64,000 nt of DNA from Escherichia coli (lineage in GTDB: Bacteria > Pseudomonadota > Gammaproteobacteria > Enterobacterales > Enterobacteriaceae), in the NCBI RefSeq assembly GCF_003334335.1, contig NZ_QOWQ01000015.1, one strand, 5' to 3'. Below, piece after piece: positions 42,555 to 50,779 of this stretch. Below the pieces are notes generated by a model, which searched no databases, was not told the DNA's origin, and saw only the letters and a program-made list of their open reading frames with translations. Numbering within the stretch: the first letter of the stretch is position 1; every line of letters starts with the position of its first letter. The translations under genes were made by a program, and so were the position numbers.

Positions 42555-42862
42555 TGCCTCTCTCCCGGTACGGTTTTCTGTTTACAGGATAAGAGCGCAC
42601 GGCAACGGCCTGCCATGTGACAAATCTGCCAAAAGCTGGACAAATGTAATGTAACCGTCAATTTGCGACGCGTCTCACAAGACGCTGTTTTGCGGCATGC
42701 TTCCGGTTTATCGCAAGTTATGAGGCGGATCGCATTTTTGTACTGATATTACAAAAGTCCAGTAAATGGCCTTTTTATCCACTGTTTGCTCCGCCTGCGA
42801 TTGCCTATTGTTTCCTCCATCAAAAATATGGACATGGGCTTTCGCAAGCCCGGGAGCAGCTT

Positions 42863-43942
42863 ATGAATGAGTTGGTGCAGATCCTGAAAAATACCCGTCA
42901 GCATTTAATGACGGGCGTTTCACACATGATTCCCTTCGTGGTATCGGGCGGTATTTTGCTGGCGGTTTCCGTCATGTTGTATGGCAAAGGCGCAGTGCCG
43001 GATGCCGTAGCCGATCCAAATCTGAAAAAACTGTTTGATATCGGCGTTGCGGGCTTGACGCTGATGGTGCCTTTCCTCGCAGCGTACATCGGTTATTCCA
43101 TTGCAGAGCGTTCTGCGCTGGCTCCGTGCGCTATCGGTGCCTGGGTTGGTAACAGCTTTGGTGCGGGCTTCTTTGGTGCACTGATCGCCGGGATTATCGG
43201 CGGCATCGTGGTGCATTACCTGAAGAAAATTCCGGTGCATAAAGTTCTGCGCTCGGTGATGCCTATCTTCATTATTCCTATCGTCGGCACACTGATTACC
43301 GCAGGCATCATGATGTGGGGCTTGGGCGAGCCTGTAGGGGCGTTGACCAACAGCCTGACTCAGTGGCTTCAGGGGATGCAGCAGGGCAGCATTGTTATGC
43401 TGGCGGTGATCATGGGTCTGATGCTGGCGTTCGATATGGGCGGTCCGGTTAACAAAGTGGCCTATGCCTTCATGCTGATTTGCGTTGCTCAGGGTGTTTA
43501 TACCGTGGTGGCCATCGCTGCCGTGGGTATTTGTATCCCGCCGCTGGGGATGGGGCTGGCGACGCTGATTGGTCGTAAAAATTTCTCCGCAGAAGAGCGC
43601 GAAACCGGCAAAGCGGCACTGGTGATGGGCTGTGTTGGCGTTACTGAAGGGGCGATTCCTTTCGCCGCTGCCGATCCGCTGCGTGTCATTCCTTCCATCA
43701 TGGTCGGTTCAGTTTGTGGTGCAGTAACTGCGGCGCTGGTCGGTGCGCAGTGCTATGCAGGCTGGGGTGGTCTGATTGTGCTGCCGGTGGTTGAAGGCAA
43801 GCTGGGTTATATCGCAGCAGTGGCTGTCGGAGCAGTGGTGACGGCTGTTTGTGTGAACGTGCTGAAAAGTCTGGCGCGTAAAAATGGGTCTTCGACTGAT
43901 GAAAAAGAAGACGACCTGGATTTGGATTTTGAAATTAATTAA
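42863..43942 (+). CDS. frwC: Fructose-like PTS permease EIIC component
   Basis: ORF track 359 aa polytopic membrane protein MNELVQILKNTRQHLMTGVSHMIPFVVSGG.. Confidence 0.92.
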   Translation: MNELVQILKNTRQHLMTGVSHMIPFVVSGGILLAVSVMLYGKGAVPDAVADPNLKKLFDIGVAGLTLMVPFLAAYIGYSIAERSALAPCAIGAWVGNSFGAGFFGALIAGIIGGIVVHYLKKIPVHKVLRSVMPIFIIPIVGTLITAGIMMWGLGEPVGALTNSLTQWLQGMQQGSIVMLAVIMGLMLAFDMGGPVNKVAYAFMLICVAQGVYTVVAIAAVGICIPPLGMGLATLIGRKNFSAEERETGKAALVMGCVGVTEGAIPFAAADPLRVIPSIMVGSVCGAVTAALVGAQCYAGWGGLIVLPVVEGKLGYIAAVAVGAVVTAVCVNVLKSLARKNGSSTDEKEDDLDLDFEIN

Positions 43943-43956
43943 TTGAGGAACGAGCC

Positions 43957-44277
43957 ATGACGAAAATTATTGCAGTAACCGCATGTCCTTCAGGTGTTGC
44001 CCATACCTATATGGCAGCAGAGGCGCTGGAAAGTGCCGCGAAAGCGAAAGGCTGGGAAGTGAAAGTAGAAACCCAGGGGTCAATTGGTCTGGAAAATGAA
44101 CTGACTGCGGAAGATGTGGCGAGCGCTGATATGGTGATTCTGACCAAAGATATCGGCATCAAGTTTGAAGAGCGTTTTGCTGGCAAGACCATCGTGCGCG
44201 TCAACATCAGCGATGCAGTAAAACGTGCTGACGCCATTATGAGCAAAATTGAAGCTCACCTGGCGCAAACCGCTTAA
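43957..44277 (+). CDS. frwB: Fructose-like PTS EIIB component
   Basis: ORF track 106 aa MTKIIAVTACPSGVAHTYMAAEALE.. (active-site Cys in TACPSG). Confidence 0.92.
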   Translation: MTKIIAVTACPSGVAHTYMAAEALESAAKAKGWEVKVETQGSIGLENELTAEDVASADMVILTKDIGIKFEERFAGKTIVRVNISDAVKRADAIMSKIEAHLAQTA

Positions 44278-44327
44278 GTTCTTCTCCCGCTCGCAAGGGC
44301 GGGTTCGCTTTCCCACAGGAGTTCCTC

Positions 44328-46625
44328 ATGACGAATCGTATCTCTCGCCTCAAAACTGCACTGTTTGCCAATACCCGTGAAATCTCGCTGGAGCGGGCGC
44401 TGCTTTATACCGCCAGCCATCGGCAAACCGAAGGCGAACCGGTGATATTGCGCCGGGCGAAAGCAACAGCGTATATCCTTGAACATGTTGAAATTTCGAT
44501 TCGTGATGAAGAACTGATTGCCGGTAACCGCACCGTAAAACCGCGCGCCGGGATTATGTCGCCGGAAATGGACCCTTACTGGCTGCTGAAAGAGCTGGAT
44601 CAATTCCCGACGCGTCCGCAGGACCGCTTTGCTATCAGCGAAGAAGATAAACGTATCTACCGTGAAGAGTTGTTCCCGTACTGGGAAAAACGTTCGATGA
44701 AAGATTTCATCAACGGGCAGATGACAGATGAAGTAAAAGCCGCGACCAACACGCAGATTTTCAGCATCAACCAGACGGATAAAGGCCAGGGGCACATTAT
44801 TATTGATTACCCACGCCTGTTGAATCACGGGCTGGGTGAGCTGGTGGCACAGATGCAGCAACATTGTCAGCAACAGCCGGAGAATCACTTTTATCAGGCC
44901 GCGTTGTTACTGCTGGAAGCCTCGCAGAAACACATTTTGCGTTACGCCGAACTGGCGGAAACGATGGCGGCAAACTGCACAGATGCCCAGCGTCGCGAAG
45001 AGCTGCTGACTATTGCAGAGATCTCCCGCCATAACGCGCAACATAAGCCGCAGACGTTCTGGCAGGCGTGCCAGTTATTCTGGTACATGAACATCATTCT
45101 GCAATACGAATCCAACGCCAGTTCGCTATCGTTGGGGCGCTTCGACCAGTATATGTTGCCGTTCTATCAGACATCATTAACCCAGGGCGAAGATGCGGCG
45201 TTCCTGAAAGAACTGCTCGAATCTTTATGGGTGAAATGCAACGACATCGTGCTGTTGCGCTCCACCAGTAGCGCGCGTTATTTCGCCGGTTTCCCGACCG
45301 GCTATACCGCACTGCTCGGCGGGTTAACCGAGAACGGACGTAGCGCGGTGAACGTGCTTTCGTTCCTTTGCCTTGACGCCTATCAAAGCGTGCAATTACC
45401 GCAACCGAACCTCGGCGTGCGCACTAACGCCTTGATCGACACGCCGTTCCTGATGAAAACCGCCGAAACCATTCGCTTCGGCACCGGTATTCCGCAAATC
45501 TTTAACGATGAAGTGGTGGTGCCAGCGTTCCTCAACCGTGGCGTTTCGCTGGAAGATGCGCGCGACTATTCCGTAGTGGGCTGTGTGGAATTATCTATTC
45601 CCGGCAGAACCTACGGCTTGCATGACATCGCGATGTTTAATCTGCTGAAAGTGATGGAAATCTGCCTGCATGAAAATGAAGGCAATGCTGCGCTGACTTA
45701 TGAAGGTTTACTGGAGCAGATCCGCGCCAAGATCAGCCACTACATCACCCTGATGGTTGAGGGCAGCAATATTTGTGATATCGGCCATCGCGACTGGGCA
45801 CCTGTACCGCTGCTCTCATCGTTTATCAGCGATTGTCTGGAAAAAGGCCGCGATATTACCGATGGCGGCGCGCGTTATAACTTCTCCGGCGTACAGGGGA
45901 TCGGTATCGCCAACCTGAGCGATTCTCTCCATGCGTTGAAAGGGATGGTTTTTGAGCAACAGCGTTTAAGTTTTGACGAATTGCTGTCGGTATTAAAAGC
46001 CAACTTCGCAACGCCAGAAGGCGAAAAAGTCCGCGCTCGCTTAATTAACCGCTTCGAGAAATACGGTAACGATATCGACGAGGTGGATAACATCAGCGCC
46101 GAACTGTTGCGCCACTACTGCAAAGAAGTGGAAAAATACCAGAACCCGCGCGGCGGCTACTTCACGCCGGGATCGTATACCGTTTCTGCTCACGTCCCGT
46201 TGGGATCGGTGGTTGGCGCGACGCCAGACGGTCGTTTTGCCGGAGAACAGCTGGCAGACGGCGGCTTGTCACCCATGCTGGGCCAGGACGCACAAGGGCC
46301 AACAGCGGTACTGAAGTCAGTCAGTAAGCTCGATAACACGCTGCTGTCTAACGGTACGTTGCTGAACGTGAAATTCACTCCGGCGACCCTGGAAGGTGAA
46401 GCAGGATTACGCAAACTGGCCGACTTCTTACGGGCGTTTACCCAGCTTAAGTTACAACATATTCAGTTTAACGTGGTGAACGCCGACACGTTGCGGGAAG
46501 CGCAACAGCGCCCACAAGATTATGCCGGGCTGGTGGTGCGCGTTGCCGGATACAGCGCCTTCTTTGTCGAACTGTCGAAGGAGATCCAGGATGACATCAT
46601 CCGCCGGACAGCGCATCAGCTGTAA
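44328..46625 (+). CDS. pflD: Glycyl-radical enzyme (pyruvate formate-lyase-like), substrate unknown
   Basis: ORF track 765 aa; C-terminal glycyl-radical motif RVAGYSAFF visible. Confidence 0.93.
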   Translation: MTNRISRLKTALFANTREISLERALLYTASHRQTEGEPVILRRAKATAYILEHVEISIRDEELIAGNRTVKPRAGIMSPEMDPYWLLKELDQFPTRPQDRFAISEEDKRIYREELFPYWEKRSMKDFINGQMTDEVKAATNTQIFSINQTDKGQGHIIIDYPRLLNHGLGELVAQMQQHCQQQPENHFYQAALLLLEASQKHILRYAELAETMAANCTDAQRREELLTIAEISRHNAQHKPQTFWQACQLFWYMNIILQYESNASSLSLGRFDQYMLPFYQTSLTQGEDAAFLKELLESLWVKCNDIVLLRSTSSARYFAGFPTGYTALLGGLTENGRSAVNVLSFLCLDAYQSVQLPQPNLGVRTNALIDTPFLMKTAETIRFGTGIPQIFNDEVVVPAFLNRGVSLEDARDYSVVGCVELSIPGRTYGLHDIAMFNLLKVMEICLHENEGNAALTYEGLLEQIRAKISHYITLMVEGSNICDIGHRDWAPVPLLSSFISDCLEKGRDITDGGARYNFSGVQGIGIANLSDSLHALKGMVFEQQRLSFDELLSVLKANFATPEGEKVRARLINRFEKYGNDIDEVDNISAELLRHYCKEVEKYQNPRGGYFTPGSYTVSAHVPLGSVVGATPDGRFAGEQLADGGLSPMLGQDAQGPTAVLKSVSKLDNTLLSNGTLLNVKFTPATLEGEAGLRKLADFLRAFTQLKLQHIQFNVVNADTLREAQQRPQDYAGLVVRVAGYSAFFVELSKEIQDDIIRRTAHQL

Positions 46626-47469
46626 CGTTGTGGAAACGCGCCGCGATGATGTGGCGCGCATTTTCAACATTCAGCGTTATTCACTGAATGACGGCGAGGG
46701 CATTCGTACGGTGGTCTTTTTTAAAGGCTGTCCGCATCTTTGCCCGTGGTGTGCTAATCCGGAGTCGATCTCCGGCAAAATCCAGACGGTACGCAGAGAG
46801 GCGAAATGTCTGCACTGTGCGAAATGTTTGCGTGATGCGGATGAATGCCCCTCCGGGGCGTTTGAACGGATTGGTCGCGATATCAGCCTTGACGCTCTGG
46901 AACGGGAAGTGATGAAAGATGACATTTTCTTTCGCACGTCCGGCGGCGGCGTCACGCTTTCTGGCGGCGAAGTGTTAATGCAGGCGGAGTTTGCTACCCG
47001 TTTTTTACAGCGACTGCGGCTGTGGGGTGTGTCATGCGCCATTGAAACTGCCGGAGACGCACCAGCCAGCAAGCTATTACCGCTGGCGAAATTGTGCGAT
47101 GAAGTGTTGTTCGATTTAAAAATTATGGACGCGACTCAGGCGCGGGATGTGGTGAAGATGAACCTGCCACGCGTGCTGGAGAATCTGCGTTTGCTGGTGA
47201 GTGAGGGCGTCAACGTGATCCCGCGTTTACCGCTGATCCCTGGTTTCACGCTCAGCCGGGAGAATATGCAGCAGGCGCTGGATGTACTGATCCCGCTGAA
47301 TATCAGGCAGATCCATCTGTTACCGTTTCATCAGTACGGCGAACCGAAATACCGCCTGCTGGGGAAAACATGGTCGATGAAAGAGGTGCCTGCGCCGTCG
47401 TCAGCTGATGTGGCAACGATGCGCGAAATGGCAGAACGGGCCGGACTTCAGGTTACCGTGGGAGGTTAA
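46591..47469 (+). CDS. pflC: Glycyl-radical enzyme activating enzyme (radical SAM)
   Basis: ORF track 46522..47469; start moved to ATG 46591 (MTSSAGQRISCNV..) with ggag SD; CxxxCxxC motif GCPHLCPWC; overlaps pflD 3' end by 35 nt; 292 aa. Confidence 0.9.
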   Translation: MTSSAGQRISCNVVETRRDDVARIFNIQRYSLNDGEGIRTVVFFKGCPHLCPWCANPESISGKIQTVRREAKCLHCAKCLRDADECPSGAFERIGRDISLDALEREVMKDDIFFRTSGGGVTLSGGEVLMQAEFATRFLQRLRLWGVSCAIETAGDAPASKLLPLAKLCDEVLFDLKIMDATQARDVVKMNLPRVLENLRLLVSEGVNVIPRLPLIPGFTLSRENMQQALDVLIPLNIRQIHLLPFHQYGEPKYRLLGKTWSMKEVPAPSSADVATMREMAERAGLQVTVGG

Positions 47470-47470
47470 A

Positions 47471-47812
47471 ATGGCATACCTGGTGGCAGTAACCGCCTGC
47501 GTAAGCGGCGTGGCGCATACTTATATGGCGGCGGAACGGCTGGAAAAGTTGTGCCTGTTAGAGAAGTGGGGAGTCAGCATTGAAACTCAGGGCGCGCTGG
47601 GAACGGAGAATCGTTTAGCGGATGAGGATATCCGCCGGGCGGATGTTGCTCTGTTGATTACGGATATCGAGCTTGCCGGTGCCGAGCGATTTGAACATTG
47701 CCGCTATGTGCAATGCAGCATCTACGCATTCCTGCGTGAGCCGCAGCGGGTAATGAGCGCGGTGCGCAAAGTGCTTTCTGCGCCGCAGCAAACCCATCTT
47801 ATTCTGGAGTAG
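47471..47812 (+). CDS. frwD: Fructose-like PTS EIIB component 2
   Basis: ORF track 47408..47812; start moved to ATG 47471 (MAYLVAVTACVSGVAHTYMAAERLE..), 113 aa; paralog of frwB. Confidence 0.9.
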   Translation: MAYLVAVTACVSGVAHTYMAAERLEKLCLLEKWGVSIETQGALGTENRLADEDIRRADVALLITDIELAGAERFEHCRYVQCSIYAFLREPQRVMSAVRKVLSAPQQTHLILE

Positions 47813-48650
47813 TCGGTTTTTCTGTCAGTTGGCTGTGGTACTGCCGGCGATATTCCGACGGCGAGCGTTCGGTGTTTTTACGAAACAGACGGCAGAAGTA
47901 GTTGCTGTCGACAAAGCCGCAGGCGTGCGCCACTTCTTTTACCTTCAGGTCATAGCCTTTCAATAACGTCTTAGCGTGCTCCAGTCGCGTGTGATTCAGG
48001 TATTCGTTAAAACCAATGGCCCCCGTTTTTTGAAACAGGTGCGAGAGGTAATTTGGCGAAATATAAAACGCCTGTGCAACAGATTCGCGGGTAAGCGCGG
48101 AGGCATAGCGTTCGTCGATATAATCGCGAATAGCTTCAAATAGTGCCTGGCTGCGTGAGGCGGTCTGGATTTGGCTGCCAAGCAAATCGCGGCAGTGGCT
48201 AAGCAGGCTGGCGACGATAAGCCTTGCCGTTTGCTGCTCCTGCGGCTGCATTTGCATTTCATTGAGCGTTTGTAGCAGAAAAGAACCTATGCGTGGGCCG
48301 CGTCGGGCGACGTGTTGCTTCGCCAGATTTTGATATTGTTTGCCATCCCATTGCACGACGCTGAAGCCGAGTTGCTGTTTGCCAAACAGCACGCTAAAGG
48401 TAGTAGCGGGGGCTTGCCATTGTGGAAAATTCCAGCCACCAGCAGGAACGTACAGCACATCGCCGGGAACTAACGTTGCTCCAGCGCCGGTATCAACAAA
48501 CTCACCTTCCAGCACAATTTCCAGCCGTGGAAAATCGACCTGATACGCAAGATCGGGCACCGGGCCGTTACTGCTGGCAAAGTAAATCTGGCGCAGGGAC
48601 AGCGGGCCGTTGATCAGGCGGGAGAGCAGATAGCTGACGTCGTGATACAT
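47799..48650 (-). CDS. yijO: AraC-family transcriptional regulator
   Basis: ORF track 283 aa; cupin-like N-terminus and C-terminal AraC HTH (..YLSHLFQK..FNEYLNHTRLEHAKTLL); 3' end overlaps frwD by 14 nt (convergent). Confidence 0.88.
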   Translation of the reverse strand: MYHDVSYLLSRLINGPLSLRQIYFASSNGPVPDLAYQVDFPRLEIVLEGEFVDTGAGATLVPGDVLYVPAGGWNFPQWQAPATTFSVLFGKQQLGFSVVQWDGKQYQNLAKQHVARRGPRIGSFLLQTLNEMQMQPQEQQTARLIVASLLSHCRDLLGSQIQTASRSQALFEAIRDYIDERYASALTRESVAQAFYISPNYLSHLFQKTGAIGFNEYLNHTRLEHAKTLLKGYDLKVKEVAHACGFVDSNYFCRLFRKNTERSPSEYRRQYHSQLTEKPTTPE

Positions 48651-48762
48651 GTTATTCCCTTAGGTATGTAGACGGGAAAACAGTAACTGGCATTATTAAA
48701 AAAGGCCACCTGAAAAGTGTGGCCTGAGGGGAGTTCGATGTAAACATTGCGGCAGTTGTATT

Positions 48763-48845
48763 GCCGGATGTGGCGTAAACGCCTTATCCAGCCTACCGCC
48801 GCGATCTGTAGGCCGGATAAGACGCGTCAAGCGTCGCATCCGGCA
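48763..48845. repeat. BIME (two inverted REPs), yijO-eptC intergenic
   Basis: GCCGGATGTGGCGTAAACGCCTTATCCAGCCTAC ... GTAGGCCGGATAAGACGCGTCAAGCGTCGCATCCGGC. Confidence 0.85.
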
Positions 48846-48864
48846 AATAGCGCCTGGCTGATAA

Positions 48865-50598
48865 TTACTGATTACCCACCTGATCGCCATAGGGCAGTGT
48901 GTCGTAATCGATCAGTGCGTTTTTCTTATACGGGTTACCAATCCAGCGGGTAGTTTCTTTGAACTGCGGATTCACCACTGAACGGGTTGGATCGTAACCG
49001 TCGTAAGATAAGCCCGCCAAATCTGACCAGGTGTGGATCAGTTCCGCCAGGCTGTATTTACGATCAACATCCTGCGAGAAATCACGGGGATGAGTCGCTT
49101 GCCATTTTTCTGACGTCCACAGCAGGAACGGAATGGTGTACATATGACGCGTCGGGTTGTCCTCATTACGCCCCTGAGTTTTGTGCGGCGGCGTGTCGTA
49201 AACCTCTTCACCGTGGTCAGAGAAATAAACCAGGAAACCGTTCGGGTTTGCTGCTTTAAAGTCTTTAATCAGGCTGGCAACCACATGATCGTTATACAGG
49301 TTAGCGTTGTCATAATCGTTATATGACTCCAGCTCTTCCGCGTTTAATCCCGGCGGAACATGATCGGTATTGCCATCAAACTTGCCCTGATTTTCCGGGT
49401 AGCGGTATTTGTATTTGATATGCGTACCCAGCAGATGAACAATGATCAGTTTCTTCGGCGCAGGGTCATTCAGCACTTCCTGGAACGGCTTCAGCACGTT
49501 GGTGTCGTATTCACGCGCACTCTGCGTACGTTGCTGGTTCATGTAGTACTGCTTGTCGGTCTGGCGCGAAAATACCGTCAGCATGGTATTGCGGGCGGTC
49601 ATCGTCTGCTGGTTGGTGATCCAGAAGGTTTTATAACCCGCCTGTTTCATCATGTTCATCAGCGACGGCTGCGTCAGATACAGATCCGGGTTCTTTTCAT
49701 TGGCAAAGGTCAGCGCCTGTTGCAGGATTTCAATGGTGTACGGACGAGACGTAACTACGTTATTAAACACGGTCAGATTCGGATCGGTTTTATGCAGCGC
49801 ATCCAGCTCCGGCGTGGTTTCACGCGGATAACCGTACAGACTCATGCGTCCGCGCTGGGTCGACTCGCCAATCACCAGCACTAAAGTGCGCGGTTCGTTA
49901 CCCGATTCATCTTTGAAATTAGCCAGTGGCGGCAAGGCATTATTTTCATTCAGTAACTTTGTTAGCGAGTTTAGTTGCTGACGATACTGATAATAGCCGG
50001 TCAGGAATTGCCACGGTGCGGCAGGCTCCATACGCGAGGCCAGGTTATCCAACGTTTTCTCAAACGGCTTGTTTTTGATAAACGTATTCATGGCGATCGG
50101 ATGCAGAATCAAGCCATAAAGCAGGGCAAAAGAGACAACATAACGCCACGGCTTTGGAATATAGACCGGGCGCAGGCGTGTCCACAGCAGAACTGCCACC
50201 GCCGTATAGGCCAGCGCGATAAGCACAATTTTCAGGCTGAAATACTGGCTTAAATACTCGCTGGCTTCGTTGGTGTTGGTTTCGAACATCACAAACAGAA
50301 CGCTCTGCGAGAACTCCTGACCGTAGATGACGTAGTAGCACAGCGCCGCCAGAGAGGCCGCCCATAGCACCACGCCGATTACTGCGGCAATAATTTTAAT
50401 CCGCTTCGGAAAGAGGAATACCGGGATCAACCACAGCGAACTGAATAACAGCGAGTCGCGAATGCCGTTAGTGCCACTATAACCACTGATGTAAATAATG
50501 GCCTGTAGCAGAGTAGAGAAAAACCAAAAGTAGAGCAGTGCCCAACCCAGGGCTTTCCAGCTAAAAAGAGGTTTAGCCTGGACTTCTGTGGAATGCAT
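48865..50598 (-). CDS. eptC: Phosphoethanolamine transferase (LPS core modification)
   Basis: ORF track 577 aa; N-terminal TM helices plus sulfatase-like periplasmic domain. Confidence 0.92.
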   Translation of the reverse strand: MHSTEVQAKPLFSWKALGWALLYFWFFSTLLQAIIYISGYSGTNGIRDSLLFSSLWLIPVFLFPKRIKIIAAVIGVVLWAASLAALCYYVIYGQEFSQSVLFVMFETNTNEASEYLSQYFSLKIVLIALAYTAVAVLLWTRLRPVYIPKPWRYVVSFALLYGLILHPIAMNTFIKNKPFEKTLDNLASRMEPAAPWQFLTGYYQYRQQLNSLTKLLNENNALPPLANFKDESGNEPRTLVLVIGESTQRGRMSLYGYPRETTPELDALHKTDPNLTVFNNVVTSRPYTIEILQQALTFANEKNPDLYLTQPSLMNMMKQAGYKTFWITNQQTMTARNTMLTVFSRQTDKQYYMNQQRTQSAREYDTNVLKPFQEVLNDPAPKKLIIVHLLGTHIKYKYRYPENQGKFDGNTDHVPPGLNAEELESYNDYDNANLYNDHVVASLIKDFKAANPNGFLVYFSDHGEEVYDTPPHKTQGRNEDNPTRHMYTIPFLLWTSEKWQATHPRDFSQDVDRKYSLAELIHTWSDLAGLSYDGYDPTRSVVNPQFKETTRWIGNPYKKNALIDYDTLPYGDQVGNQ

Positions 50599-50736
50599 AG
50601 TAAGAACCTGTCTTGAAAAAATATCGCCGAATGTAACGACAATTCCTTAAGGATATCTGAAGGTATATTCAGAATTTGAATAAAATGCAGACAGAAATAT
50701 ATTGAAAACGAGGGTGTTAGAACAGAAGTATTTCAG

Positions 50737-50766
50737 AAAACCCTCGCGCAAAAGCACGAGGGTTTG
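50737..50766 (-). terminator. Terminator downstream of ppc
   Basis: AAACCCTCGCGCAAAAGCACGAGGGTTT hairpin with flanking T/A runs. Confidence 0.6.
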
Positions 50767-50779
50767 CAGAAGAGGAAGA

